64,000 nt of DNA from Acanthaster planci (taxonomy: Eukaryota): NCBI RefSeq assembly GCF_001949145.1, contig NW_019091357.1, positions 3,169,078 to 3,233,077 of the forward strand. The letters are read 5' to 3'. Made by a program: the position numbers and the translations under genes. The number at the start of each line of letters is the position of its first letter. Position 1 is the stretch's first letter. Positions 51,834-64,000 of this stretch are shown piece by piece. Under the pieces are notes generated by a model that ran no database searches, was not told the origin of the DNA, and saw nothing but the letters and a program-made list of their open reading frames with translations.

Positions 51834-54800
51834 ATGGCGAGTCCCGTATTTGTCGGGCTTTCCCTCGCCCTAGTCATGGTACTGAGCTTCCAGGCCGTGA
51901 ACACGCAACTCCTGACGCCAACGTACTTCAACGTGGCCGAAGGCAAGCCCATCACCGCCACCGCAACTTGCGGGGAAGGTTTCTCCCCGCCCGGCGAACT
52001 TTACTGCAAGTTGACCGGTAACACCGGAGACACGTTGAGGCAAACGGAACGGGACATTATTCAGGTAAAAAGAGCTGCATTATGAGGAACATTAGTTAAA
52101 TCTTTGTTGGAAAGAGTTTCGTATGCGGACGCCACTTGACACTTCGTGCATAAACTTTTTGAGCTGGTCTGACAAGAGTTTTCTGTGTAAATGGCTCTGT
52201 ATTTTCCCTCCTAAATCACGTAAATTGAACTTTTTCTGGACATGTTTTGCTTTCAGATGGCAGTAGTGCTTGTATTGTAATTACTAGGTCACTGTAGCCT
52301 TTTAGTGCAGGGAACAGTTACTGGCGTCCGATGAAATTCTTTCCCAACCGACAATGACTGAAACTTTTTTCCGTTTCAAACATATCAAACAAAGCTAATG
52401 ACCGCATATATACAGTACATATACTTATATGGTTTTGTTGCAGATATTTTTAGGCCAAAAATATTATTTCTTAATTCTTTGGTGGTGTTTTCTGCTATAG
52501 TGTTACTGTTACACATTCCAGAAGTGAATTCGCTGCTTATTTCAAGTTGATTTATATGTTCATCTGCTGTGACAGGGACAATACTGTGATTACTGTGACC
52601 CATTCAACCCCTTGAAGGCCCATCCCATCGAGTATGCCATTGATGGCACCGAGAAGTGGTGGCAGAGCCCTCCCCTCTCCAGGGGAACGGATTTCAACGG
52701 GGTCAATGTCACCATCGATTTAGGACAGGTAAGACGGTGACAGCAAAACACATGATTACCTTGTGGCAGTTGTCCAACTGTAGATATGTGGAACATTTAC
52801 TGAGATTTCTGTGTCTTGCAAAAGTTTGAGAAGAAATCTTCCAATTCAAGAGACCTACATGTACATCTAGCATCAGACTGTTGTTCAGAAAATTAAGGCA
52901 TTTGGATTTTGAGGAAAAGGCGTAATACAAATATTTCTTGTTAGGGTTTTCTTGAAGATATACCCCACATATTATTTACAATGGACATTAGTAATGACAC
53001 TAAATGCCATTTTATGCAGCATCGTCATCAGAAGCCAGTATCGATCCTTGACACACATGTATCATAAACTCATTTTTATCGACACCATTAAACCCTAACT
53101 AAATTCGACACTATTCAATTATAATCTAGAGTTTGTTATGCAATAAATCTCTGTGACAATAAAATCACAGCAAACCAGATCTTTAAGTTTGTAAATTATG
53201 TGGCATTAAAAAACGTTTCAAAGCTAATGACCATCATGATGACCTTTACTTGTTAATTGCTGGCGTCATAGTTATGTGTTTCACATTCTTGTGAAATCCC
53301 TGCTTGCAAGAATATTGATTTGTTTTACAGAGAGAGAGGAAATAAACAAATTTTCACTGCTCGAAGAAGGCTACTGCATATTTGATTGCATAAGATCGTT
53401 GACTAACAAAATAATTCATCAGACATGTAGTTTCCATACAAAAGCTCGCTGGCATTCCAGTTGAAGAAGGAAAGATATGTGAGATGCATCAGAGACTAAG
53501 TAACAGGAAAAAAAGTGGCAAAGCCAAAAACTCACAGGCCCTCACACTGGAAAGAGCACAAACAGGCATGCATGCTTTGCCCCGTGCCCACAGCCTTACA
53601 AAAGCAAGCAGGTTAAATCCAAAGAGAGAGGTGCCTTGTATGGTGTTACAAAAGCAGGGATTTGAATACAGGGTCTCTGAATACTCTCCACATACTAGCC
53701 TATGGGGACTTCAATTAACTTTGTGCCACTCTGTCTTCTCCAGTGGCTATACATGGATTCAATGAATCTGTTATGAACGTACAGAAGACGAAGAAGGGGT
53801 CACACTGGTCCTTGTTACTTCCTACTACATGTAGTCCCTCTGTCCCAGGCCCCCATACCAGGATCCTCTGCTGTGTCAACAGGCTGGGCTTTGCTCAGTC
53901 AAGCATGGCTGGAGTCAGGCTGCATAACAAAAGCCAGCCATTTCCTGTGGCATACCACAAAAGGCAGTAACCCATGCATGCATCCTGTGTGCTCAGAGAT
54001 CTGTAAAAAGGGGCATTTGGTGGTGTGCTTGACCCGCTCTATACAAAGCTGGCCCTTGTTTGTCTTCAGCCAGACTTGTCCTAGTCCATAAAGGTTCTCT
54101 CGTTTTTTTCTTGTTAAAATTAAGCGAACTCGTAAAATTGATCCAAAAATGTAAATTTTAAATGTTGGACTGTGGCAGATCTGTAGTTTGGGTACAACAG
54201 AAAGAAAAATTGAGGACATTAAATCAGATGTCTGGCAATGTGGTTTTTTTTTATTTTATTTTTTACTGTTTTGGACATGTTTCTACTTCCTACACAGCCT
54301 TCATGTGCAGAAGGTTGCCTCTGTTAAAAGAAGATACACTGTGTGTGCGAACGAACGAAGCACCGTGGTGCCCGAAGGTGTAGCACTTGGTTTACCCATC
54401 ATGGTTTACTGAAAATAATGCTCTCTGTAATTTAGGGACCTGTATGCCCCTTGATACTAGTGGTACTTACAGTGTCACTGTCAGTGTGGGTTTCAAGTAG
54501 CACAAAAGGACCTCTCTTAGGGTCGTGACCTTTCTGTGTTATCACACCCATGGAATGCAGACACACCACAGATACAAACATGTACACCTGTATCCAAGCT
54601 GAAGGGGGGAGGGGATGTGATTAGAGGGGGGGTTTGGTTTTGATTATAAAAGGGAATGAAATGAGGACAAACCAGATAGGTGTATGGACCCTGTGAGAAA
54701 ATTATAGGCCTAGTGCTTTGGGAATTTTACTTTTTTCAAGGTTCGAGTGTCGAGGTTTAGGTTTTGATGTTTGAGTTTCGAGGTTTGAGTTCCGAGTTAA

Positions 54801-57800
54801 TGCCTCAATTTCACCTTGCACTTTGAGTTAATGCCTCGATTTGTACCCTGCTGTACGAGTTAATGCCTCGATTTTTCACGCTCACTTTGAGTCTGTAAAC
54901 GTCAAAACTCAAACTCGAAAGTGGAAACTCAAACCTCGAAAAAATCAACACTCATGCTTTGGACATTGCTCTGCTGCTTATGAGGGGTATACAGTTGGGC
55001 ATGCAAACGCCCTTCTGTTTCACTCAGGACCTAACTCAAATTACACGTACGTGTTCGTTGGGCATGCCCGAAAGGCCTGTACTGTAGGCTGTATTTGCCA
55101 TTCAGTTATGCTTTAAAAGTGTTGGATTCAGAAGTAGGCCTATGTTTGTCGTGGGGAAGAGGGTTGTTGAAGAGAAAGTAAGCCCTTGTCATCAACTGAT
55201 CATTTGAATGATTTGGTCAAAGATTTTACCTGTCACCATTGTAACCAATTGATTGCTAAGTTCTCTCTGTGACTCTTGTACAAAATGCACGAAAAATCCA
55301 GGTCTGTTAAGGTTTTGAAACAAGAAAAAGCATTCTATTCTAGAACTCAATTCTATTCTATTCCATTCTGTGTGGAAGCTTCTGACATCAGATGCTACCG
55401 AGACAATTATAATGAGTGTGCAAGTGCTGCTAAATACATCGCTGTATGACAAACCTTTGTTAAAGCCCAACATTAATATGCATATTTTCCAGTGTCCCTA
55501 CATTTCACAACAGTCTATGTGATTTTGCTAAACACCAACTCTCATTCTACCTATGAATGTCCTGTTTATTTTTGAGGGCAGCCATTTTAACCCACATGTC
55601 ACATTTGCCAGACAGTGGAAAAACACTGGCAAGTCTGCAGTCTGTGTTTGGTTGAGATGGGACAAGTGTCCAGGGCCAGGGATGCATGAAAGCATCAGGA
55701 TCATACTGACGAGATTTTGAAAGACCTTGTTTGTTTCTTTTTTTGGGGGAGGGAAATTTGATATCACTTGGGTTTGTCTGGTCAGTTTCCTAAAGTGCCT
55801 TGAATTGGGCCGGATGCACAGTGGTCCAAGTGTGCGACTGCACTTTTAACCAGATTCCTTTTCCTGTGTCACTGGTGTGATCTGCAGTCCTTGGAACAAT
55901 CATTGAGCAAAGTACAGTATTGTGCATGTGGCATAGGTCAGATTTGTCAGTAGGACCTGCCTGGTATTTACCATTTGGCTGCAATAACCGGCTTAACAGT
56001 GCTCTGGGCAATTACCAAGACCAGACCAAACAGCGATTAACAGGTTGACCCAGTCTATGTATGTACAATCCATGATGCTATAGCAGCACACTCTGTAAAC
56101 CTAAAACACCCGTGTCAGAAGGCTGGCTTGTTGGAGATGATTCAAAAAAATACGGGAAAAAATGGGCCCCTGTAGGCCAGAAATTTTTGCAATGAAAGCA
56201 AACTGAAAGGCCCTACATTAACCCTAACAGTACCGGTACATAACATTAAAAATTACTACTTAGTAGTAAAATATAGTACATGTATTCAGCTCTGTTGCTT
56301 GTAAGAGGACATGACCTTATTGTTCTCTGAAGCCATAAAATACAATAGATTTATAAACAATGTATCATACAGTGCTATGGCACTATGAATGCATGACTTT
56401 CTGTTCCCTGTTCGAGTAACAGTGGAGGGAGCCATAGCCAGAAGTAGTAATTTATACTAGTGCTAGGTCCTTCAGGCTCAGACTACCGTGTAGTATTTTA
56501 TAGTACTGAGTCCTGCAAGCCAAATGATGTGCAGAACTGTCAGGGTTAATGCTTCAAAGGTATCTGAAAATATTTTTGGTTATCGTATTGGCCTGAGTGC
56601 GGATTGCTCACAATTGAGGATCTCAGTCATGCATGCACCAGAAGGTATGTGTACTCGATGCTGAGAACTACATACATGTATGGTGATCAGTTCAGAGTAC
56701 TGAACAAATCATTACATCAACCATCCTGGAAGTATTTCAGTTCAGTCCAACTTATTTTTATTCCCAAGTGGCCCTGTGCATTGTCAATACCTGTATTACA
56801 GTAATGTGCATAAAAATTGTGTATTTATTTGAGTTGAGAACTGTTTAGACTAGGAGCTGTTGAACTGGAAAGAAAATTTGTCGTGAATCTCTCGTCGGAT
56901 ACTTCTGTGCTCAAGGAAAGATAAACAGAGGTGTCCATCATCATGTCTGGGGGGATTGTATATTTGGGGACCCCGTTCTTATAAAGAAAGGGAGACTTAC
57001 ATTTTAATTTTTGGATTCACCTTGGGAGATGACTGTGACGTCATGCTCAATAACTGTAGGGTTGATGTTGTGAATAGAGGGCTGGGTTTTGAGTTTTGAG
57101 GGAAATTATGCGGGGAAACTATGTTTTAACACATAACACATATGGTGGATTCAAATCTGCATGGCTGATTTATCGGTGTAAAGGTCACATTTTCTCTCAA
57201 TTTACAAGTTGAAATTTCTACAAAATTAAAGAGAGCATTGCCTTTGGTTTTTGGGGACTGACCAGTTTTACAGGATTAAAGTGACAAAAACCCGGGTCCC
57301 AAATACACAATCCCCCGTGTCTGGAGCCTCGGTTAAACTTGGTTTTATTATTTTAGCCATGGTGGCTCCAAAGAGCCTCCGTAGTGAGAGGAGTGGAGAT
57401 TCTTATCTTTGTTGAACTTGGGATAAATTTAGTCCAGTTAGATTTTGTTTTCTTCATACAGGAAATTAATATTCTAAGGCCCCAATGCAGCTTGACCTTA
57501 TTGGTCTAGCGCTGGAGTGCAAAGTGGGGGAGTTTGGGGGGAGGTCGAGAGATGGAGGTGTTGGAGGAGGGGGCATCCATGCGATCCCTGAAGACAGGAC
57601 TAAGTAGGCACATGTTGTATGAATTCTTTGGAAACATGGTTAGAGACTTATTCTTACTTGACCTATCTGTAAATGTGGCAGAACTGGGCTGGGTGCACAA
57701 TTTGTAATGAAAAGAAGAGAGACATCGATTTTTTTTTGGTGTTTACATGTTTGCTCACTTATTATTCATCGCTTTTGCAGACTGTTTCTGGTAAGTTCAA

Positions 57801-60800
57801 AGTTACACAAATGTTTGGAACATACACAGCATAAAATTCAATCAGCCTTTGAAGATGCAAAATGAAAAGAAAATTGTTTCTTATTACATAAAGGAACGTG
57901 GAACCCTTACAGTACATGGGGAAGTCAAAACTTTACTCCTGATAAAATGTCCTCCCCTACCTGGGTATGTTTGCACACGGTATACATGTATACCAGTACA
58001 TGTTTGAAGTAAGGTACGTCGTCGTGTGTGTGTACATGTATATGAGCATTTCAGTTTGCCAGGCCAGTAGATGTATGCTTTGTGCAAGTTCGGGGATGAG
58101 ATTTGTCAGGATTTTTCCAGATTTCAGGATTTTTGTCATCAGACTTCTCCTGATTTCAGGATTTTTCAAACAGTCTCTTCGAGAAATCCTGAGCTTAACA
58201 TCTAGATATTTTTTTTACCATTGATACACACAAGAGAAATTAAAGGGGGTACCTTTAGGCAAAGACACATAACCATGGACCCTACGCTGCTGAAGGCTGC
58301 TGATTATTTCGACCCTACGCTGCTGAAGGCTGCTGATTATTTCGTAGATTTTGTTATTTTACTCGTGTCTTGTGTAAGAGTGATGCCTCCTTTAAGTTTT
58401 AGTCTCCCATTCTTATATATAGGCACAAAAACAAGTCTTGCTGCCCTGTACACAGTAGGCCATAAATTCCTTTCCCAGCTAGTTCTCTGCAAGGCACCAC
58501 ATTATTAAGCTCCTATCTGACCTCTGCGGAATTACTTGTCCAGACCTCATGGGGTGGACTGCCTAGTATCATTACATGTCACGTTCTGGAAGGCTGGAGA
58601 TGTTACCATTGGCAACAAGAATATGCCTTGTGGAATGGGATCAGCTGCTTTTGCAGTTGAGGGAAGATCATTAAAGGGGCAGGGACTGAAGCACTGTACA
58701 TTCTTGGGCAAACTTGAAGTACTTACTCGGTACGATGCATGTTTGTAAGTTTGTAGATAGAATGATTTGCATCTTATCAACTGAAGTAAAGGCAAATTAG
58801 AGCTGTATGGCACTCAATTACATAAATTCCTGTTATTTTCAAAAATATTTTCAAGCATGTCAACAGTGTACACATGTTGTCTAGCCACCTCTACTCGTGG
58901 CCTCATAGAATGTTGTGTGGATTCACTGAACAAATAGGGACTTTATGATACCATTGACATTTTATCCAAGTTTCAAATCTCCGAAAAAGACTCAATTACC
59001 GTACATGTACTTTGACAGATAGTTTTGGTTTCGGTAACCTCAAGGTGTAGTTGTGGCTGACCCTAGGGAAATACGCTTTGTACATGTCATTAAGCCTGTG
59101 TGCCATACCAAGATTGAAACAAAGGGAAACCAATTAACCACACATGTGTTTTCCATTATGTTTGATTGCTTGGTTCAGATTGAAAAGGACAGGAACTGTT
59201 TTCGTTGTATTTCAAGTTGGGTCAGAACTACCCCGTCGGTCGCAATAAGTCAAATCACCCACATTACCTGTTAGTATTATCGCTGTACACAAAGACTGAG
59301 GGCTTTATATTGCTTTTTGCTGTCGCCTGTTGATGTGTTTTCCAACGCAGAAGCATACTGGCACTTGACAGTATATTTTGTTCGTATTAAAAGGCACTCC
59401 CCCCCCCAAAAAAAAACCCCTTAAAAGCTGTCCCCTATATCAGGAAATTGTACATGTCAAGTGCTTGTAACTGAAACATTGTCCTGCAAGTTGGCACTTC
59501 TAGACATGGAGTAGTTTTTCCTTTACATTTACCCTTGGCCAAATGGAAGTTTTACATGAAGACTGCCCGAGGAGATGCAATGACTGTGACACTGCACTTC
59601 ACTTCCACGTAGCCCTCCACATTTGTCCTGGTATTACTGCAGTTAATCTCTTTTATGAGCTGAGCTTTTAGGAGTTTTTAGTAACTCTTTCCAGTCATTC
59701 CATTAAAATCTGACATACCGTTGTGGCCCAACACCCATTTCTGAGACAGACCGGCTAAAACATGTTGACTTTTCACTGCTGTGCTCAGTAGTGCGGGCTG
59801 ACGCGCATGTGGCCTTGAACTTCCAATAACCATAACAGCAAAACCATATGTCAAAGTGAGGATTGAAACTCTGTACTTGGTACAGTATAGCTAAGATTTG
59901 GAAAAAAAAATCAGGCATGGGGTGCCCAGCTGAGTTGGGGCGGGGAAGGGGGCAGAATCCCACTACGAGATGGTCCAGAATAACCGGGCTCTTTTAGGGT
60001 TAAGCTGAGAAGGAAAGCTGGTTACCACAGAGTGTCTTGTAGCGTCTTTATCTTCTGGCGATGATTTGCCTGAAAATGGTTGCTGTTCCTGCATGTGTTT
60101 TGAACCTGTGCACGGTGGATAAAGAGTCCAAGATTTCTAACAAGACAAATTCCTTTTCAAGATGCACTGACAAAATCCATGTACATGTATGGCGTCTTCT
60201 TCATTTCAAATCTTAACCCTCTGTGATGCATCTTCACCAGTGGTCTTAATGTGGTCAGTATTTCATAAAAGACAGAATTTCACACATCTTTTTTCTTTAG
60301 TACCTGGACAAATGGTACAAAACTCTTCCGCAAGCAATGATAAACGATGAACCTGCACCATTGTTGTTGTTTTGATGCTGCTATCAGCTACTCTGGCTAT
60401 TTCGCATCAATAACTGTACGTTTATTTATAACCCTTAAAAAATCAGCATCACATCACAGAGTTAGGAAGAAGGTCTGGTTGTAGAGGCAGGAGGAAACTG
60501 GAGCACCAGATCGATTATGGACTGGAAACCAAATACACGCGAAGCCGGGACTCGAACCCAGGCTTCATTTGTGCAAAGTGAGGAAAGACCCACTACGCTA
60601 ACTCGCTCCCCCTACATGTACCTGCACCATTGGTTCTATGGTCCAGATTTCATCCACGAATAGATTCCACTCACTGCATATGACTAAGTGTCTTCTTTCT
60701 TTTCTTCTGCGATTTACCGGTAAATCCCACCAGCTTTACCACGTGGCCTACCTGATCATCAAGTTTGCCAACTCACCCCGACCGGGCGTTTGGATCCTGG

Positions 60801-63754
60801 AGCGCTCCAAGGACTACGGCCAGACCTACCAGGCCTGGCAGTACTTTGCCGAGACCAAAGGCGAGTGCAACCAGCTCTTCGGCATGGAGTCCATCGAGGA
60901 GATCACCCGGGACGACGATGTTATCTGCACCGATGAATATTCCAGCATTGTGCCCTTGGAGGATGGCGAGGTGAGGTGTTTTTTGTTTTTCTCAGCCACA
61001 CTGGTAGAATTGCCCTCGGGAGGCAGTCGTTTCCTCTGGATCACTCTGATACATCTACCTCTTCTTAGATTTTGTAGGATTTGGGAATATGTAGACCATA
61101 CATGTGCACCGTTTCTGTTCATGGAATTTGTCAAGCCTCGTTAAAGTACAATTACAAAGATTGTATTACAGGGTTCCTACTTATTGTTAGATTTTGTAGG
61201 ATTTGGGAAGGTCCTGCAAAAAAAGTGATTCGGGAGTTAGTGTCAGGTCCTTTTTTTTCCAAGGAAGTTTATCAAAATCTATGCAAATTCAGTTGACAAA
61301 AATCAAATAGTCAAACATAAAGATTTTTCGGAAATTCAGTTGGCCCTTACATGTACATGGCTTTAACTGTTCTAATGTCTAGATATTGTTTCATGAGGAC
61401 ACTGAAATGGCCTCTTTAGAGTATTCTTTGTTTAGGGGAAAGGAAAGGCCGGGCTTAGCAAAACAGGGGCCCAAACCAGTGACCATTGATTTGAGAAGGG
61501 CTGATACAGTAGAATGGAGGCAATTTTAAATATCGGTCTTGCACACCAGATTGTTGTGTCGTTGGTGAACGGACGTCCTGGCGCCACCAACTTCTCCTTC
61601 TCAGAGGTCCTCCAAGAATGGACTAAGGCCACCAACATCCGGCTTCGTCTCCTGCGCACCAACACCCTGTTGGGCCACCTCATGGCCATCGCCAGGCGAG
61701 ACAACACTGTCACTCGTAGGGTGAGCTACCCTTAATTTTTTCCTGTTAAAGTTTTACTTTTGTAGTCAAGTACATTTCCATGAGTATGAGTGCAAGTATT
61801 TCTACCTGAGTACTGTGCCATGAGTACAAGTACTAGCAGGTGGAATTTTTTTGGTGAATGCGAGTGTGTTCTCATGAGTACAAGTACGCTACATGAGCAA
61901 TTGAGTAGGAGCACTGCTACACTGTGCAACTTACCTAACAAGAAAAATTAAATGAACACACTGCACTGCAGTGAGTCCTGTCTTCGGATTCTGTTCATTC
62001 TGGTCTTTGCTTTTTGGCACTTATTTCCTTGTAGGAAAATTGGTCTGTGTAGAAACCCACTCAATCAGAGAGCAACCTTGCATTTGTGTCAAGTCCACGG
62101 CAGGGCTCATCACAAGTTCAGTCACAAGTGAAGGGAGGAACATTGACAAAGGAATGCAATTTACTTCCTAACCATGCCAAATCCAACATCACTTGCGTCA
62201 GACTTTGACTGTCAGGTGATGGAGACTTGTGATGGGCCCAACTGCAGCACAGGAGGGGACCGGTGAACCATGGTCACATATTTTCCCAGCCTTGGTAGGA
62301 TCGATTTAGGGACACACCACATGAGGGGGAAGGAGTGATTTAAAGACATGCCATATGAAGGGAAAGGCAAGGAAAGAATGACTACACCAACAACCCTCCA
62401 ATATTGAACATATAAAGACTTGGATTAAATCCTGACCTCTGGTTCGTTTTTCGTGTCACCAGTACTTTTACAGCATCAAGGACATCTCCATCGGGGGCCG
62501 GTGCGTCTGCAACGGCCATGCCAGCACCTGCAACGAACGTGGCAACAGCGGCCGGCTGGTCTGCGCCTGCCAGCACAACACCTGCGGGGAGGAGTGCGAG
62601 ATGTGCTGCCCGGGCTTCGTCCAAAAGGCCTGGCGGCCGGCCACCATGGACAGCGCCAACGAGTGTGAACGTGAGTGACGATTGCCGTAGCTCCGTCACT
62701 TCAGTCATCCAGCTTGTCTGTCTCAACCCTTAAAGTTTGAACCTTTGTTGTCCTGCTACCGTACATCTTGCAGCTAACTGAAACCTTTGTGCATGGGAAT
62801 CGGCCAGTCAGGGCGTTATTAATATAAATAATTGTTAACAGGTTGAAACACCGTTAACAGAAGTTTGGAAGGGTAGTCATGAAAAAATGGCACAAAAAAG
62901 GCATACCGGTGCTTTCTGAGTACAGTAAACACCAGTTAAATCAGCACTCTCGGGACTCAAGAAATTATGACGACTTGCGCGAATGCCGACTTGTGCTGTA
63001 AGTCATCATTTTGCCGACGTAAACATACACATGTATTGCCTCTGTACGCTATGATTCCTTGCACTAATTCAATGGCTTTGATTTTATACCCTGGTTTATT
63101 TCTACCTCCATGGTTGATCCCAGCAAATTCGTTCTTGATCGGTCATACTAATTACTGTCAACACGCAACGGACCATCAACACACCGTCAACACCTCCAAA
63201 ACACATTAAAAATCAGAAGGTGTACTCGACAGTAAAGTGTTTGCCAAAAGGATATTTTGGCTAAACCTCAACTGGTTAGACTCAGGAAAAATGCCATTTT
63301 AATTTGGCTGCATCGCCTCCTTTGAACCAGCTCAGAAATCAGTAGCCATTTTGCCTTTTGGGCAGTTGGAACCATACCATTACGCCAAAGGGGTAAGGTT
63401 GGGTACCAGGCAGAATTAACCAATGGTTAACAAGTAATTGTTCCTGGAACTTGCTTGCCCCCTGTTGTGGGCTACTGCCATTCAGAATGTTCGACCTCAT
63501 TATGTCCACAAAACCTTATATTTATCCCATTTTATTCTGTCCAGCGTGCAACTGCTTTGACCACACGAACGAGTGCGTCTACAATGAGACCATCGCCGCC
63601 CAGCGCCTGTCCATCGACATCTATGGCAACTATGAGGGCGGGGGCGTCTGCCAGAACTGCCAGCACAACACGGTGGGGATCAACTGCGACCAGTGCGCCC
63701 CGGGCTTCTACCGACAGGCTGGGGTCAGCTTGGACTCCCCAGATGTCTGCCAGC
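51834..63754 (+). CDS. LAMA5: Laminin subunit alpha (alpha-3B/alpha-5, LanA type): signal peptide, LN domain and first LE repeats; partial, continues beyond the window
   Basis: Exons 51834-52064, 52576-52728, 60734-60970, 61550-61720, 62463-62670, 63545-63754, all GT-AG with consistent phase. Motifs [145 protein letters not shown]. Symbol indicates the closest vertebrate type (likely LAMA3/5 co-orthologue). Confidence 0.95.
54733..54945. repeat. Inverted-repeat element with TCGAGGTTT / AAACCTCGA sub-repeats in laminin intron 2
   Basis: Left TCGAGGTTTGAGTT versus right AACTCAAACCTCGAAAAAA; internal GAGTTAATGCCTC three times. Confidence 0.55.
56950..57316. mobile_element. MITE-like element in laminin intron 2
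   Basis: GGGGGATTGTATATTTGGGGACCC at left and GGGTCCCAAATACACAATCCCCC at right; flanks ATGTCTG / GTGTCTG resemble a 7-bp TSD with one mismatch. Confidence 0.6.
58278..58343 (+). repeat. Perfect 33-bp tandem duplication (GACCCTACGCTGCTGAAGGCTGCTGATTATTTC x2)
   Basis: Directly visible. Confidence 0.85.
60364..60612 (-). mobile_element. Apparently full-length tRNA-derived SINE with target-site duplication
   Basis: Minus-strand head with A box TAGCGTAGTGG and B box GGTTCGAGTCC, V-domain-like core, (CAA)n tail; ACCTGCACCATTG on both flanks (60351-60363 and 60620-60632). Confidence 0.8.
61760..61925. mobile_element. Degenerate GAGTAC-rich MITE-like element in laminin intron 4
   Basis: TGTAGTCAAGTAC...GAGTACAAGTAC repeats...CTACACT, similar to 40364-40626. 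Confidence 0.45.
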
Positions 63755-64000
63755 GTAAGATTACAAAGTTGTTCATTTCTTGTTTGCCCTGACCCCTTAG
63801 CTGCATGATAAAATGTCTTAAATGAGATTGGAAGATTCGAGACTGTTATGTTGAGAGGAAGAGTGGCACGGCTGAGCCCAGGGGTTATGAAAACTGATTT
63901 TATAGGCAGGTCACTTGTCCAAATGCCACTCAAAGGTGATGGCTACAAGAAAAAACAGGAAAGGGAAAAGTGTCAAAAGGAAAAAGTTCAGTGGCCGCGA

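Overview
Intron-rich animal genomic DNA, probably a marine invertebrate (inferred from gene content and repeats; species not determinable). Most ORF-track entries are spurious, so I assembled spliced genes by hand from splice sites and reading phase. Gene order: a possible 5' end of an unidentified minus-strand gene at the left edge; TMEM68/DIESL acyltransferase (-, 6 coding exons, 322 aa); head-to-head CCM2/malcavernin (+, 11 exons, about 441 aa, one GC-AG intron); tail-to-tail ITGB1BP1/ICAP1 (-, 5 coding exons, 184 aa); a tandem array of three 4-exon genes encoding signal-peptide-bearing SnoaL/DUF4440 (NTF2-like) proteins (+, 148/149/162 aa); and the first six exons of a laminin alpha-3/5-type gene (+), which continues past the window. 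Several tRNA-derived SINEs, MITE-like inverted-repeat elements and minisatellites are present. Main observations: (1) CCM2 and ICAP1, the two PTB-domain partners of KRIT1, are direct neighbours and share three phase-0 intron positions and an identical 144-nt coding block, suggesting origin by ancient local duplication; (2) the secreted, bacterial-like SnoaL/YybH triplet may be an uncharacterised extracellular enzyme or ligand-binding family; (3) the TMEM68-CCM2 adjacency fits reciprocal gene loss between the human XKR4-TMEM68-LYN and XKR7-CCM2L-HCK blocks. Family assignments rest on my recall of known proteins; no searches were run.
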